Shown in pieces: positions 35,278 through 47,136 of a stretch of 64,000 bases of DNA; positions within the stretch are counted from its first letter, which is position 1; each line of letters starts with the position of its first letter. Location: contig JBBDJG010000026.1 of NCBI GenBank assembly GCA_040880005.1, positions 3,432-67,431 on the forward strand, in the 5' to 3' direction. The position numbers and the translations under genes were made by a program. The notes under the pieces are model-generated. The model was given only the letters and a program-made list of their open reading frames with translations. It did not search any database and was not told where the DNA came from. This stretch comes from Solirubrobacterales bacterium (GTDB lineage: Bacteria > Actinomycetota > Thermoleophilia > Solirubrobacterales > JBBDJG01).

Positions 35278-36762
35278 CTATAGCCCGCGAAACGCATACA
35301 CAGCCCCGGAAGCATTGCGGCCGTCGTAGCTCGCTCCCGGCGTTCCGACCAGGACCTCCGGGCGGCCGTCCCCGTTGAAGTCGCCGGCGTCAGCCACGGA
35401 CACCCCCGCCGAGCCCAGGAAGCGCATGCGACTGAGGCGAAAGCCGCCGTTGCCGAGGCGATCGAGCCGGCGCGGTTTCCGTGCGCCGGTGCCGTAGATG
35501 ACGTAGGCCGTGCCCCCGTTCATCACGCGTCCGATGTCGGCTCCGGGCGCTCCGACGATCACCTCACCGCGGCCATCGCCGCTCTGGTCGGTGGAACCCG
35601 AGACCGCGAAACCGGCGTTGTCTCCCGCCACGCCGTCGAGGCGGAAACCTGCGCTGCTCAGGCGCCCAAGTCGTACCGTTCCCGGAGCCGGGCGTCCGAA
35701 CACCACGTAGGCCGAACCGGATGCCCGGCCGGCGTTGCGAGCGGCCGGGGCTCCGAGCACCACGTCACCGAGCTTGTCGCCGTTCACGTCGTTGAGGCCG
35801 GCCACCGAATAGCCGGCGCCCTCACGTGCCGCCGCTCCCCGGATCGTGAATCCGCGCGTGCCAAGATCCGAAAGGTTGACCGCCCCCGCATTCCGGCGCC
35901 CGTAGACGACGTACCCCGCCCCCGAGCGCCGTCCGCCCGAGTCGGACTGGGACGCTCCCAGCAGGAGTTCCTGGAGGCCATCGGAGTTCATGTCGGGCGC
36001 GCTCGCAACCGCGTTTCCGACCTGCTCACCCGAGCGCGCTCCCGCGACCTTGACGCCGCCCGCGCCGAGCGTGCTCAACTCGACCGTCGAGCCAGTCCGC
36101 TTGCCGGAAACGATGTACGCGGCGCCCGCGTTGGACCGATCGCTGACGTCGACCCTGGGCGCGCCCACGATCACGTCGGCCAGCCGGTCGCCGTTCAGGT
36201 CTCCGATGCCCGACACGCCCGCCCCCGCACGATCGCCGCGGCGCTCACCGACGATCCGGAACCCGTGCGAGCCGAGCCGCGAAAGACGCACGGTGGAGCG
36301 AGACTCCTTTCCGAACACGACGTATGCCGATCCCGGCGTGATGCCGCCAGAGTCGCGCGCAGCCGGAGTCCCCACGATCAGGTCCGCCAACTCGTCGCCG
36401 TTGACGTCACCGGCGCCGGCGACGGACTGCACGCCTCCCGATATACCGGCGGCGGAGATCCGAAAACCGCGACCGCGAAGTCGCGCAAGGTCGACGGACG
36501 AGTTCGACCTGCTGCCGAACAGCACAACCGCGCCGCGACTCAGACGGCTGGTCGTGATGACGTCCGCGAGTCCGTCGTTGTTGACGTCGCCCGCCGCGCC
36601 GAGCAGATCCCCGACTCCCTCACGTGCCGCGCCGTAGTAGGAGGAGACGTGAATCGCGGACTGGCGAGCCTGCTGGCCCAGCGCGTCGGCGATCACGAGC
36701 AGCGTTACCGGCAACCCGAGAATGAGTGCGAGGGCTATCCGGGAGCGTTGCATCGAATTCAT
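35278..36762 (-). CDS. secreted FG-GAP/integrin-alpha-like repeat (beta-propeller) protein
   Basis: 494 aa with the signal peptide [27 protein letters not shown]. It has about seven repeats of the pattern GDxNGDGxxDxxVGAP...G.AYVVFG. Confidence 0.85.
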   Translation of the reverse strand: MNSMQRSRIALALILGLPVTLLVIADALGQQARQSAIHVSSYYGAAREGVGDLLGAAGDVNNDGLADVITTSRLSRGAVVLFGSRSNSSVDLARLRGRGFRISAAGISGGVQSVAGAGDVNGDELADLIVGTPAARDSGGITPGSAYVVFGKESRSTVRLSRLGSHGFRIVGERRGDRAGAGVSGIGDLNGDRLADVIVGAPRVDVSDRSNAGAAYIVSGKRTGSTVELSTLGAGGVKVAGARSGEQVGNAVASAPDMNSDGLQELLLGASQSDSGGRRSGAGYVVYGRRNAGAVNLSDLGTRGFTIRGAAAREGAGYSVAGLNDVNGDKLGDVVLGAPAARNAGRASGSAYVVFGRPAPGTVRLGRLSSAGFRLDGVAGDNAGFAVSGSTDQSGDGRGEVIVGAPGADIGRVMNGGTAYVIYGTGARKPRRLDRLGNGGFRLSRMRFLGSAGVSVADAGDFNGDGRPEVLVGTPGASYDGRNASGAVYAFRGL

Positions 36763-36826
36763 TTGCGCATCAACCGACTAGACGGTATCCGAGATCGCGG
36801 CCACCGGCCTCGCCTCACTAGTCCCA

Positions 36827-38161
<1,335 letters not shown>

Positions 38162-38261
38162 CCGGCGCCCAAGGATACGGAGGGGATATGCACAGGCCGC
38201 GGAGAGGCCGCTAAGGATGGCTTGGCGGAGGTAAATACCCTAAATCCGCTCGGCTTTTTGC

Positions 38262-38267
38262 TATATT
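38262..38267 (+). promoter_or_regulatory. candidate -10 hexamer TATATT placed for a leaderless transcript of the reductase gene
   Basis: TATATT ends 6 nt before ATG 38274, and there is no purine-rich SD in between (CGCCGC). Leaderless mRNAs are common in Actinomycetota. This is inference only. Confidence 0.3.
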
Positions 38268-38273
38268 CGCCGC

Positions 38274-40106
38274 ATGGAGCCCACAAAAGCTGGGTCGGCC
38301 CACCGCAAGGGACGCCCGGGAGCGCTCAACAACCCCGAGGTCGTGGAGAACGTGCCCGGTCACGTCATCCCGATCCTCGAGCGCGAGTTCGACGACTTTC
38401 AGACCGAGGCGGGCAAGTTCCTCGCCGGCGAGAAGCCCGAGGACCAGTTCATCGGCTTCCGCCTCAAGCAGGGAGTCTACGGCCAGCGCCAGGCCGACGT
38501 GCAGATGATCCGCGTGAAGCTGCCGTTCGGTGGGATCAACCCCGAGCAGATGGACGCATTCGCCGAGATCGCGGAGCACTTCGCACCGCTACGCAAAGGG
38601 CACGTCACCACCCGGCAGAACGTGCAGCTGCACCACATCCCGCTGGCGCAGATGACCGACGTGCTGCGGATCCTGGGCGATGCCGGGCTTTCGTCGCGCG
38701 AGGGCTGCGGCAACACCGTGCGCAACGTGACCGGCGATCCCTACGCCGGCATCTGCGATGACGAGCCCTTCGACCCCACTCCATACGTGGGGGCATACGT
38801 GCGCTACTTCGTGCGCAACGAGGTCTGCCAGCTACTGCCACGCAAGTTCAAGACCGCGTTCTCGGCCAGCAACGCCGATCGCGCGATCACGCTGATCCAC
38901 GACATGGGATTCATCCCGCGGGTGCGCGAGATCGACGGCCAGCAGGTCAAGGGCTTCGCGATGATCTCCGGCGGCGGCACTTCGATCATGCCTCGCGTAG
39001 GCGGCGTCTTCTGGGAGTTCGCCCGCGCCGACGACGGCGAGTACCTCAGGGTAACCGAGGCAGTGCTGCGCATCTTCGACCGCCAGGAGGACCTACGCGC
39101 CAACCGCGCGCGCGCGCGGATCAAGTTCCTGATCGACCGCATCGGGCTGGAGGAGTTCACCAAGCTGGTCGAGCAGGAGCTGGAGGGCGACTGGGTCGCC
39201 GAGCGCGACTTCACACCCGAGCTGTTCATGCACGACGAGCAGGCCAACGCGCCGGCAACGCCCGCCGGCTCCAGCTCGCCCAACGGCGACAACCTCGAGT
39301 TCGACGCGTTCGTGCGCTCGAACGTGCGGCCGCAACGACAAGACGGCTTCTCGAGCGCCGAGGTGAAAGTTACGCGCGGAGACCTGACGCCCGAGCAGTT
39401 TCGCGGCCTCGGCCAGATCATGCGCGACTTCACCGGTGGCTACGCGCGCGTGACGGTGCAGCAAAACGTCGTGCTGCGCTGGGTGCGCAACGAGTTGCTC
39501 TACGACGTTTGGACGCGCCTGAAGGAGCTCGACCTCGGCGACGAAGGCGCACTCGAAATCACCGATGTCGTCAGCTGCCCCGGCACCGACAGCTGCAAGC
39601 TCGGCATCACGGCATCGATGGGCCTCAACCAGGTTGTCGAGGAACGCCTCGAGCAGATGCAGGTCACCGATGGGTTGACACGCAAGATCCACGTGAAGAT
39701 GAGCGGCTGCCCCAACGGCTGCTCACAGCACCATGTCGCCAACATCGGCCTCTACGGTGCGTCGATCAAGGTCGGCGACCGCCACCTGCCGGCCTACATC
39801 CCCCACCTCGGCGGCAGCTACGAAGACGGCGACGTCGCGATGGGCAAGCGTCTCAAAGCGCGCATCCCGGCCAAGCGAGTGCCAGACGCCGTCGAACGGT
39901 GGGTGCGCCACTACGAATCCGAGCGCATCGACGGCGAGGAGTTCAATGCGTTTGTCGAGCGGGTCGGCACCGCGCCGTTCGAGGAGGCGATCTCGGACCT
40001 GACGATGCCGATCGAGTTCTCGCTCGAGAACATGAACCACTTCATCGACTGGGAGCGCACCGACCCCTACAAGGTCGAGCGCGGCGAGGGCGAGTGCGCG
40101 ATATAG
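38274..40106 (+). CDS. ferredoxin-dependent sulfite/nitrite reductase (siroheme/4Fe-4S, NirA/SirA family)
   Basis: 610 aa. It has Cys cluster motifs SCPGTDSCKLGI and MSGCPNGCSQHH and a duplicated nitrite/sulfite reductase half-domain layout. Confidence 0.9.
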   Translation: MEPTKAGSAHRKGRPGALNNPEVVENVPGHVIPILEREFDDFQTEAGKFLAGEKPEDQFIGFRLKQGVYGQRQADVQMIRVKLPFGGINPEQMDAFAEIAEHFAPLRKGHVTTRQNVQLHHIPLAQMTDVLRILGDAGLSSREGCGNTVRNVTGDPYAGICDDEPFDPTPYVGAYVRYFVRNEVCQLLPRKFKTAFSASNADRAITLIHDMGFIPRVREIDGQQVKGFAMISGGGTSIMPRVGGVFWEFARADDGEYLRVTEAVLRIFDRQEDLRANRARARIKFLIDRIGLEEFTKLVEQELEGDWVAERDFTPELFMHDEQANAPATPAGSSSPNGDNLEFDAFVRSNVRPQRQDGFSSAEVKVTRGDLTPEQFRGLGQIMRDFTGGYARVTVQQNVVLRWVRNELLYDVWTRLKELDLGDEGALEITDVVSCPGTDSCKLGITASMGLNQVVEERLEQMQVTDGLTRKIHVKMSGCPNGCSQHHVANIGLYGASIKVGDRHLPAYIPHLGGSYEDGDVAMGKRLKARIPAKRVPDAVERWVRHYESERIDGEEFNAFVERVGTAPFEEAISDLTMPIEFSLENMNHFIDWERTDPYKVERGEGECAI

Positions 40107-40237
40107 CACCCAGGAAGGCCCGGGCACATCACGGTCGGTCGATCTTTGTATCGCATAGCGAGACTTCGATGGACCGACCGCAGCGGCTGACGCGAACGGC
40201 CGCCATCCGCGGACTGTAAATCGATAAAGTCTTCACG

Positions 40238-40645
40238 ATGGCAAGCCCAAGAAGCATCGAGGGCAGGCGAGTCCTGATCACCGGAGCCGCGCGCGGCATC
40301 GGCGCAGAGGCCGCCCGAAGAATCGCAGCGGCGGGCGGGCGCGTCGCGCTGGTCGGGCTCGAGCCCGAGCTGCTCGAACAGACAGCAGCTCGGTGCGGCG
40401 CCGACGCCATCTGGCGCGAGGCCGACGTCAGCGACGCCGGTTCGATCGCGACGGCGGTCGATAGCACCGCGAAGACGTTCGGCGGCATCGACGCCGTGGT
40501 CACGAACGCGGGCGTTGCGGGCGCGGGCACGGTGCGCACGATCGACCCGTCCGCATTCGACCGCACGATCGAGATCGAGCGGGTCGGCGCCTCGGAGGCC
40601 TCGATGAGCGACCGCACGCGCGAGCTGGAATCGACGCGGCGATAG
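40238..40645 (+). pseudogene. truncated short-chain dehydrogenase/reductase (N-terminal Rossmann fragment only)
   Basis: It retains VLITGAARGIG (TGxxxGxG) and VVTNAGVAG (NAG). SDR similarity ends near aa 110 (FDRTIEI), and the catalytic Ser/Tyr-xxx-Lys region is absent. The ORF stops 6 nt before the ftsY stop. Confidence 0.6.
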
Positions 40646-40651
40646 CGGGCT

Positions 40652-41638
40652 CTACTCGTCGAGAAGCGCGCGTGCAAACTCGTCGGGGTCGAACGGACGC
40701 AGATCCTCGAGCGCCTCGCCGATGCCGATCAGCTTGACGGGTATCTCCAGCTCCTGCGCTATCGCCAACGCGATCCCGCCCTTTGCGGTCCCGTCGAGCT
40801 TGGTCAACACGATGCCGGTCACATCGACGGCCTCCTTGAACAGCCCTGCCTGGCGCAAGCCGTTCTGACCGGTGGTCGCGTCGATCGTCAACAGCGTTTC
40901 GTGCGGCGCGTCCGGGATTCTTTTCACGATCACGCGCCGCACCTTCACCAACTCCTCCATTAGCGGCACCTGAGTGTGCAGCCGGCCGGCAGTGTCGGCG
41001 ATCACGATGTTGTGATCGCGCGCCTGCGCCGCCTCGATCGCATCGAAGACGACGGCGGCGGGATCGGAGCCGGGCGAAGCGCTGACGATGTCAGCGCCCG
41101 CACGCTCCGCCCATTGCGCGAGCTGCTCCTGCGCGGCCGCACGGTAGGTGTCGCCCGCAGCGATCATGACCGACAGGCCCAGCTCCTCGCGAAGATGCCA
41201 CGCGACCTTGCCGATCGTCGTCGTCTTGCCGGTGCCGTTGACGCCGACGACCAAGATCACCGAGGGCGAGTGCGAGACGTCGATCCGATCGTCTCCGCGC
41301 GTGGCCAGCTCGACCAGCAGCTCCCGGAGGCGACGCACGAGGTCCTCGCCGCCGCCGATCGAGCCCTCCTGCGTCTCCCGCTCCAACTGCTCGACGACCT
41401 TCGCCGTCGTCTGCGCGCCGACATCGGCGAAGATCAGTGCTTCCTCGAGGCGCTCCCATGTCTCGTCATCGAGCGGACCGGTGAACGTCGCGCGCAGCTC
41501 ACCGCCGAGCGCCTCGCGACTGGCGGACAGGTTTTCGCGCAAGCGCCGGAAGAAGCCCTTGCTCTCCTCGACGATCTCGGCCGGTGGCGGCACGACGGCG
41601 CCAGCGGTCATGAATGCGTCCTGCCACGTCTTTGCCAT
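40652..41638 (-). CDS. ftsY: signal recognition particle receptor FtsY
   Basis: 328 aa with VVGVNGTGKTTTIGK and an SRP GTPase NG domain. Confidence 0.95.
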   Translation of the reverse strand: MAKTWQDAFMTAGAVVPPPAEIVEESKGFFRRLRENLSASREALGGELRATFTGPLDDETWERLEEALIFADVGAQTTAKVVEQLERETQEGSIGGGEDLVRRLRELLVELATRGDDRIDVSHSPSVILVVGVNGTGKTTTIGKVAWHLREELGLSVMIAAGDTYRAAAQEQLAQWAERAGADIVSASPGSDPAAVVFDAIEAAQARDHNIVIADTAGRLHTQVPLMEELVKVRRVIVKRIPDAPHETLLTIDATTGQNGLRQAGLFKEAVDVTGIVLTKLDGTAKGGIALAIAQELEIPVKLIGIGEALEDLRPFDPDEFARALLDE

Positions 41639-41647
41639 GGCTCTGAG

Positions 41648-44600
41648 TCAGGCCGCTTCGATGAGCGCCCGGTCGGTCACGCTGCCGTCGGACTCCATCT
41701 TGCGCGACACGACCTTGGACACTCCGTCGGAGGCCATGCTCACGCCGTAAATGACATCGGCGGCTTCCATCGTGCGCCGTTGGTGCGTGATCACGATGAA
41801 CTGCGCGCGATCAGAGAAGCGCCGCACGAGTCCGAGAAAGCGATCGATGTTGGTGTCGTCGAGCGCGGCCTCGACCTCGTCGAGCACGTAGAAGGGGCAC
41901 GGGCGTGCGAGGAACACCGCGAACATGAACGCCAGCGCGACAAGCGACTTCTCGCCGCCCGAGAGCAGTGAGAGTCGCTTTGGCACCTTGCCGGCAGGCG
42001 TGACTTCGATCTCGATGCCCGGTGACACGTACGAATCTTCGTCTGCCTCTCGCTGCTCCTCGCTCCCAGGGCCTTCGTCCTCCTCGCTCGCGTCACCCGC
42101 CTCCTGCTCGGCTCCACCCAGAACGAGCTTCGGCGCCGGTGGGCTGACGCGCCGTAGCCGCCCGCGCCCGCCGGGGAACAGCTGCTCGATGACCTCCTCG
42201 AAGTTCCGAGCGGCGGCTTCGAACGTCTCCTCGAATGCCTCCCGAATGCGCCGGTCGGTTTCGCGTATCAGGCCCTGGAGCTCAGCCAGCGCGGCCTCGA
42301 GATCCTTGCGCTGCTCTTCCAGCTCCTCGACGTGTGCGATTGCCTCGTCGTACTCGCGCTCGGCAAGCGGATTGACGGGACCGATGCGCTCACGCCTGCG
42401 CTCGAGGCGCTCGAGCTTGACCTCCGCTTCGTCACGCTCGGTGTCGGCGAGCGGCTGCTGCGCGCACTCCAGCTCGATTCCGAGTTGCTGCGAGATGCCG
42501 TCCAACTCCTGCGCCACCGCCTGCTCGCGATCGCGAACCTGGGCAACCCGAACCTCCTGCTGGGTGAGCATTTCGCTCGCTTCACGCAGCTGAGCCTGAA
42601 GCTCGTACTCGGACCGCGCAAGCTCGCGCAAGCGAGCTGCCGCCTGCTCACCGACGGCTTCGCCGGCCGACAGCTCGGCCTCCAACGAGGCACGTCGCGC
42701 GCCGACAGCTTCCAGCGCTTGGTCGAGCGCAGCCACCGTCCGTTTTGCCGCCGGGACCAGCTCGACGTCGTGTGCGATCAGCGCCTTTAGGCGTTCGCGA
42801 TGCTGTGCGCGCTCGGCGAGCTCGCGGTCGAGCCGCTCAACCATGCGTCGTTCCGCGCTGATTTCGCCCGCCAGCTCCGCTCGACGGGCATCGTCGGGTC
42901 CGACGCTATGCTCGCGCCGCTGCTCGATCAGCCATTCGGCGCGTCGAGCAGTTTCCAGCGCTTCCTCGCGCCTGCGCCGCAACTCGCGCAGCTCGACCTC
43001 GAGCGAGTCCCGGCGCGATTCGGCGTCACGCACCTGCATCGAGGCACGTTCGACCTGGGCCGCAGCCTGGGCGAGCTGCTCGCCCGCCTCGTGTTGAGCG
43101 CGCGCGATCTCCTCGCGGCGCCGGCGATCGCCGAGGCCTCCGGCGTCGCCCCTCGGAAGCCGGCGCAGCTCGCGCAGCGAGCCGTTGAACGCCGCGCCAG
43201 CGCGTGTGACCGCGATCCCCGTGAAGTCGTCGGGCAACCCGGCGAAGTCCGTGACGATCCAGGCGTCAACCAGCAACGCTTCGACCAAGGTCTGGGCTTG
43301 GTCCCGGGGATGAACATGGTCGAGCAGTGCAATCGCGCCCGCGGCCGGCCGTGCGGTCGCGCGGTCGCGAACCGAACCGCCACCAACGAGCGCACGAGCG
43401 CCGCCTTCGCCGCCACGCTCCACGATGCGCTCCGCCCCGGCCAGATCGGCGGCCAGCGGTGTGCGCAAGCGCTCGGCGAGCGCACCTGCGAGCGCACCTT
43501 CAAATCCCTCATCCACGCTCACCAGGTCAGCGATCGTCGGGCCATCGTGATCGGGCGCAAGGCCGATGCGTTCGTCGAGCGCCGAACACTCCAACTCGAG
43601 TCGAGCGCATTCGCGTTCCAGATCGCTTGCCTGTTGCACGGCGGTCGAACGTCGCTCGCGCGCCTGCGTACTGTCCTGCTCCGTGCGCTCGAGCTGCGAG
43701 GAGGTCTCCTCAATCCGAATCTCGAGCGCTGACGCTTCCTTTTCACCGCGCTGCCGCTCGACCTCGCTGTCGGACAACTCCGCGTCGAGTCTGCGGGCGC
43801 GCTTCGAGTCGAGTCGTTCCAGCTCGCGTTCGAGCTGCGAGAGCCGGCCTGCGAAGTCGCCTGCCTCATTGTTCCCGTTGTTTCCGCCGCCGCCGCCGTC
43901 ACCGATCGCGTCCAGCGCGCGTCGCGAACGCTCCAGCCGGCCTTCCGTTGAACGCAGTCGCTCCCGCACCGACTCGAGCCGGATCGAAATTCGTTCGGCC
44001 GCCGATCGCGCGCCGAACACGCGGTCTGACAGCCGCTCACGCGCCTGTCCGTGCTCGGCAAAGCTGCGCTCGACGCGTTCACGCTCATGCGCGGTCTCCA
44101 TCAGCGATGCCTCGTGCCGGTCGCGCCGCGAGCGAGCGGCCACAGCCGCACCCTCTGCTTCCGCCAGTTCCGATCGCGCCTTGCCCAACTGCTCGGCCGT
44201 CAGCGTGCCCCGCAGCTCGAGGCTTTGCCGCTCGAGCCGGGCGTGCAGCTCCGCCGCTTCCGCCTGGCGCTTGAGTGGCCGCAGGCGCGAACGCGCCTCG
44301 CGCTCGACATCGAGCGCGCGGTCGAGATTGTCCTGGGTGCGATTGAGCTTGAGCTGGGCGCGGTGGCGCCGTTTACGGTGCTTCGAGAGTCCGGCTGCTT
44401 CCTCGACCAGAGCCGTGCGGTCGTGCGGCTTCGAAACGACTATCTGCTCGACCTTGCCCTGGCTGATGACCGAATGCATCTCCTTGCCCAGGCCGGTGTC
44501 GGACAGCACCTCGATCACGTCGATCAGACGGCAACGAGCCCCGTTGAGGCGGTAGATGCCCTCGCCCGAGCGATCGAGGCTGCGCGAGATCGATATCTCG

Positions 44601-44887
44601 GAGAACTCGGATGCAAGCAGGCCGCCCTCGTTGTCGATCACGACCTCGACCTCGGCGCTGTTGCGGCCCTTGACTCCGTGACCGCCCGCAAAGATCAGGT
44701 CCTGCATGCTCTGCCCTCTGACCGAGGTCGGGCTCTGCTCGCCGAGCGCCCAAAGCACGCCATCGGTGATGTTCGACTTGCCGCTCCCGTTCGGGCCCAC
44801 GATCACGCTCACGCCCCGCCCGAACTCGAGCTTGGTGCGACCGGGGAACGACTTGAAGCCCCGCAGCGTGATCGACTTCAAATGCAT
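41648..44887 (-). CDS. smc: chromosome segregation protein SMC
   Basis: 1079 aa. It has Walker A GPNGSGKSNITD, long coiled coils, the signature LSGGEKSLVALAFMFA and Walker B FYVLDEVEAALD. Confidence 0.95.
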   Translation of the reverse strand: MHLKSITLRGFKSFPGRTKLEFGRGVSVIVGPNGSGKSNITDGVLWALGEQSPTSVRGQSMQDLIFAGGHGVKGRNSAEVEVVIDNEGGLLASEFSEISISRSLDRSGEGIYRLNGARCRLIDVIEVLSDTGLGKEMHSVISQGKVEQIVVSKPHDRTALVEEAAGLSKHRKRRHRAQLKLNRTQDNLDRALDVEREARSRLRPLKRQAEAAELHARLERQSLELRGTLTAEQLGKARSELAEAEGAAVAARSRRDRHEASLMETAHERERVERSFAEHGQARERLSDRVFGARSAAERISIRLESVRERLRSTEGRLERSRRALDAIGDGGGGGNNGNNEAGDFAGRLSQLERELERLDSKRARRLDAELSDSEVERQRGEKEASALEIRIEETSSQLERTEQDSTQARERRSTAVQQASDLERECARLELECSALDERIGLAPDHDGPTIADLVSVDEGFEGALAGALAERLRTPLAADLAGAERIVERGGEGGARALVGGGSVRDRATARPAAGAIALLDHVHPRDQAQTLVEALLVDAWIVTDFAGLPDDFTGIAVTRAGAAFNGSLRELRRLPRGDAGGLGDRRRREEIARAQHEAGEQLAQAAAQVERASMQVRDAESRRDSLEVELRELRRRREEALETARRAEWLIEQRREHSVGPDDARRAELAGEISAERRMVERLDRELAERAQHRERLKALIAHDVELVPAAKRTVAALDQALEAVGARRASLEAELSAGEAVGEQAAARLRELARSEYELQAQLREASEMLTQQEVRVAQVRDREQAVAQELDGISQQLGIELECAQQPLADTERDEAEVKLERLERRRERIGPVNPLAEREYDEAIAHVEELEEQRKDLEAALAELQGLIRETDRRIREAFEETFEAAARNFEEVIEQLFPGGRGRLRRVSPPAPKLVLGGAEQEAGDASEEDEGPGSEEQREADEDSYVSPGIEIEVTPAGKVPKRLSLLSGGEKSLVALAFMFAVFLARPCPFYVLDEVEAALDDTNIDRFLGLVRRFSDRAQFIVITHQRRTMEAADVIYGVSMASDGVSKVVSRKMESDGSVTDRALIEAA

Positions 44888-45574
44888 CTACTCACCGTCT
44901 CCGTTCGGGTCGCCGAGGGCTTCGAGGGCCGCGCGCGCAGCCTCCTGCTCGGATTCCTTCTTCGACCGTCCCGAGCCCTTCCCTATCGCTTCGCCGGCCA
45001 CCTCGGCCACCGTCTCGAAGACCCTGTCGTGGGCCGGACCCTGCTCGTCGGTGACACGATACGTGACCAGCTCCCCGCGCTGGGCGAGGTGCTCCTGCAG
45101 GTCGCTCTTGAAGTCGAACTGGTTGGTGATCGCCGATTCGATCGGGGACGCGAACGCCGCGGCCACCGCCGCGGTCGTGCGGTCGTAGCCGTACTCCAAG
45201 TAGCAGGCACCGATGCCGGCTTCCAGCGTCTCCGCGAGCACGCTCCCGGCCTCGACGATGCGCTCGGCCTGCTGGGCCTGGTCGTCCGGGATGAGCGCAC
45301 GCATACGTTCGGACACGCCCATCTCGTTTGCGACCTCCACGCACGAGCGCCTGCTGACCGCCTGGGCACGAATCTTGGTCAGCCGCCCCGCGCTGGAGCG
45401 CTCGAAACGCGGAAACAGCGTCGTCGAGACGGTGACGTTGAGCACGCTGTCGCCCAGGAACGCGAGCCGCTCGCACTCGTTCGACTCTTCCTCCAGCCAG
45501 GAGGGATGCGAGAAGGCAACGCGCGCCAGCCCTTCCGGCAGCCGATCGAACAGAGTCCGCAGCTCGTCCGGCAA
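44888..45574 (-). CDS. rnc: ribonuclease III
   Basis: 228 aa with ERLAFLGDSVL and a C-terminal dsRBD. Confidence 0.9.
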   Translation of the reverse strand: MPDELRTLFDRLPEGLARVAFSHPSWLEEESNECERLAFLGDSVLNVTVSTTLFPRFERSSAGRLTKIRAQAVSRRSCVEVANEMGVSERMRALIPDDQAQQAERIVEAGSVLAETLEAGIGACYLEYGYDRTTAAVAAAFASPIESAITNQFDFKSDLQEHLAQRGELVTYRVTDEQGPAHDRVFETVAEVAGEAIGKGSGRSKKESEQEAARAALEALGDPNGDGE

Positions 45575-45579
45575 CGAAG

Positions 45580-45843
45580 CTACCCCGCGCGGCCCGCAGG
45601 GGTCTCGGCGAATACGAAATCGACTGCTTGGCCGACGGTGCGAATCTTCTCGGCCTGCTCTTCCGTGATGCGGATGCCATATTGATCCTCGAGTTCGACC
45701 ACGAGCTGGACCAGGTCCAAGGAGTCCGCCTCGAGATCGTCCTTGAAGCTGCTCTCCTCCCGGATCTTCGACTCATCGATCCCAAGCTCCTCGGACAGGT
45801 GCGAGCGGATGCGCTCGAGCACCTCTTCGCGGGTCGGGGCCAT
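45580..45843 (-). CDS. acpP: acyl carrier protein
   Basis: 87 aa with the phosphopantetheine site DLEADSLDLVQLV. Confidence 0.9.
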   Translation of the reverse strand: MAPTREEVLERIRSHLSEELGIDESKIREESSFKDDLEADSLDLVQLVVELEDQYGIRITEEQAEKIRTVGQAVDFVFAETPAGRAG

Positions 45844-46973
45844 CAGCGAGTTTCCACGCTATCAGCGGCCACGGACGAGGACGCCCACTGCTCGCCGGCT
45901 GGCTCGGACGGTTCCCCGCGCGCCACGCCGGCTCGCACGAGCCGCTCAGCAGTCGCCTCGACGATGCGTTCCGAGGCGCCGCGCTCGGCCAGCGCGACCG
46001 CGCTGGCGATCGCCCTCCGGCTCGAGCTTCCGTGGCAGATCACGACGGGCGCCCGCAGGCCGAGCAGGAATGCGCCGCCGACACCTGCGGGGTCGAGCTC
46101 GTCGCGCAGACCGCGCAGCCGTGAGCGAATCAGCAGCCCCCCGAGCTTCGAGGCGGTGCCGGAGGCGATCCGGTCGCGGATCGCACCAGTCACGGTATGC
46201 AGCGTTCCCTCCATCGTCTTGAGGGCGACATTGCCGGTGAAGCCGTCGGTGACGACTACGTCGGCGACGCCGGCGGTGAGATCGTTGCCCTCCACGTTGC
46301 CCACGAACTCGAGCGCGCTGGCGGCCAGCCGGGCGTGCGCCTCCACAATCGCGGGCGTTCCCTTTGCAGCCTCGGACCCGACCGACAGCAGCGCCACCTG
46401 GGGTCGCTCGATGCCGAGCACTCCCTCGCAGAAGGCGACACCCATGAAGGCAAACTGCACGAGCTGCTCCGGGCGGGCCTCGGCACTCGCCCCGACGTCG
46501 AGCATCAGCAAGCGGCGACCGGGCGTTGGAACCTGGACCGCGACCGCCGGCCGGTACACGCCCGCAATCCGCTTTATGCGCAGAGTCGATGCGGCGAGCG
46601 CGGCGCCCGTCGACCCGGCGCTGACCAGCGCCTCGGCACGACCGTCGGCGACGGCGTTCGCGGCCTGCACGATCGACGCCTGCGGCTTGGAGCGCACGGC
46701 CCGCGCCGGCTCCTCGTCGTTACCGATCTCTTCCGTGGCGTCGATCAACTCGATCCCCGCCGGCGGCCGCGGGCCGACGGCCTGCCGCAGCTCGTCGAGC
46801 GGTCCGAACAGCAGACAACGAGTGCTCGAGTCGGCGACGCGACCGACCGCGCCAGCGGCGACTTCGGCGACGCCCCGATCGGCGCCAAGCGTATCTACGG
46901 CGACTGTGGCGACTGGGGCTCCTCCGGCGAGGGGCCTGGCTTGACTACTTCGCGCCCTGCGTAGTGACCGCAT
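45843..46973 (-). CDS. plsX: phosphate acyltransferase PlsX
   Basis: Contains VAVDTLGADRG. The start is uncertain: ATG 46973 is the nearest canonical start and overlaps the rpmF 3' end. Confidence 0.85.
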   Translation of the reverse strand: MRSLRRARSSQARPLAGGAPVATVAVDTLGADRGVAEVAAGAVGRVADSSTRCLLFGPLDELRQAVGPRPPAGIELIDATEEIGNDEEPARAVRSKPQASIVQAANAVADGRAEALVSAGSTGAALAASTLRIKRIAGVYRPAVAVQVPTPGRRLLMLDVGASAEARPEQLVQFAFMGVAFCEGVLGIERPQVALLSVGSEAAKGTPAIVEAHARLAASALEFVGNVEGNDLTAGVADVVVTDGFTGNVALKTMEGTLHTVTGAIRDRIASGTASKLGGLLIRSRLRGLRDELDPAGVGGAFLLGLRAPVVICHGSSSRRAIASAVALAERGASERIVEATAERLVRAGVARGEPSEPAGEQWASSSVAADSVETR

Positions 46974-47107
46974 TGCGGGCAGACCCGATGCGGAAGCCTT
47001 GCGGCGTGGCACTGCGGGCACTCGTTGTAGGAGGGTGCGGAGATCTTGTGCTGAGAGCGACGCTTGTTGGTGCGCGAGCGGGACTGTTTTTTCTTCGGAA
47101 CCGCCAT
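46895..47107 (-). CDS. rpmF: 50S ribosomal protein L32
   Basis: These are the C-terminal 70 codons of track ORF 46895..47755, from ATG 47107. Sequence: MAVPKKKQSRSRTNKRRSQHKISAPSYNECPQCHAARLPHRVCPQCGHY. Confidence 0.9.
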   Translation of the reverse strand: MAVPKKKQSRSRTNKRRSQHKISAPSYNECPQCHAARLPHRVCPQCGHYAGREVVKPGPSPEEPQSPQSP

Positions 47108-47136
47108 CGGAGTCGCCAAATGGTACAGGGGCTCAG

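Noticed and set aside
40129-40677. A 182-aa minus-strand ORF.
   Set aside because: It is antisense to the SDR fragment, whose plus-strand frame has the TGxxxGxG and NAG motifs. Its own translation is Ser/Ala/Arg-rich low complexity.
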